NCBI GenBank assembly: GCA_948497845.1
Contig: CAOOMX010000003.1
Location: 1 to 52,839 of the forward strand
Source: an uncultured Bacilli bacterium
GTDB taxonomy: Bacteria; Bacillota_I; Bacilli_A; RF39; UBA660
Direction: 5' to 3'
Length of the DNA: 52,839 bases
Shown here: positions 52,727-52,839 of the stretch, one piece after another
Layout: each line of letters starts with the position of its first letter
How positions within the stretch are numbered: the stretch's first letter is position 1
Translations under genes and position numbers: made by a program
Notes under the pieces: model-generated
The model's input: only the letters and a program-made list of their open reading frames with translations
The model's database searches: none
What the model was told of the DNA's origin: nothing

Positions 52727-52737
52727 GATTAAGAGTC
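52727..52737. repeat. attR core (direct repeat GATTAAGAGTC)
   Basis: Identical to 18445..18455. Confidence 0.85.
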
Positions 52738-52766
52738 AGTTGCTCTACCAACTGAGCTAAGGAGAC
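52727..52766 (-). tRNA. 5' half of split host tRNA-Lys(CUU): position 1 to the anticodon loop
   Basis: The minus strand reads GTCTCCT-TA-GCTC-AGTTGGTA-GAGC-A-ACTGA-CTCTTAA-TC and then continues into non-tRNA element DNA. Confidence 0.85.
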
Positions 52767-52800
52767 ATAATAAATACTTAATACTTTTCTATTATATCAT

Positions 52801-52809
52801 ACAAAAAGT
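52801..52809 (-). promoter_or_regulatory. Extended -10 promoter (TGATATAAT) of the host tRNA-Lys gene
   Basis: The minus strand reads TGATATAAT about 35 nt upstream of tRNA position 1. Confidence 0.45.
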
Positions 52810-52839
52810 TAAAAGTGGTAAAAAAATTCATTTTTTTCT

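Larger units (their letters stand above)
18445..52737. mobile_element. Integrative conjugative element (~34.3 kb) inserted in the tRNA-Lys(CUU) anticodon loop
   Basis: It is bounded by identical 11-bp direct repeats GATTAAGAGTC. It holds a tyrosine integrase plus Xis at the left end and a full Gram-positive-type T4SS set: T4CP, relaxase, VirB4, VirB6-like protein, hydrolase, primase, SSB and ArdC. Confidence 0.9.

Noticed and set aside
52711-52766. The 5' tRNA half plus the element hairpin interpreted as a functional, rebuilt or chimeric tRNA.
   Set aside because: The downstream sequence lacks a T arm, a 3' acceptor strand and a CCA. Only a simple 10-bp hairpin can form.

Overview
The window is an AT-rich, low-GC Gram-positive (Bacillota-like) chromosome segment in two parts.

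(1) Host DNA, 1..18444 and 52738..52839. It carries a 5'-truncated FN3-repeat surface protein, two paralogous membrane-anchored repeat proteins, and a T-box-controlled valS of the archaeal/actinobacterial type. It also carries a 964-aa coiled-coil membrane protein, a TasA/camelysin-like secreted protein, a XerC/D-type recombinase, an ABC-2 transporter pair, a NodB-type polysaccharide deacetylase and several small membrane proteins.

(2) A roughly 34.3-kb integrative conjugative element (ICE), 18445..52737. It encodes a tyrosine integrase plus Xis-like protein, a VirD4-type coupling protein, a MobL-like relaxase with a candidate oriT, and a CHC2/Toprim primase. The transfer machinery includes a VirB4 ATPase, VirB3/VirB6/VirB2-like membrane proteins and an M23 cell-wall hydrolase. 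A leading region holds SSB, ArdC and an orphan methyltransferase. It also has a dedicated sortase with a thioester-type LPXTG-like adhesin, several XRE regulators, and a right-end four-gene cargo operon of unknown function.

The most unusual feature is the insertion site. The ICE sits inside the anticodon loop of a tRNA-Lys(CUU) gene, with the 5' half at 52727..52766 and the 3' half at 18409..18455, flanked by an 11-bp direct repeat GATTAAGAGTC. The element does not rebuild the tRNA. It carries its own tRNA-Lys(CUU) (18680..19014) next to the integrase, and that gene is interrupted by a 259-nt group I-like intron at the same anticodon-loop position as the integrase crossover core.

All protein family calls rest on motifs read by eye. 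No database search or RNA-folding program was run.
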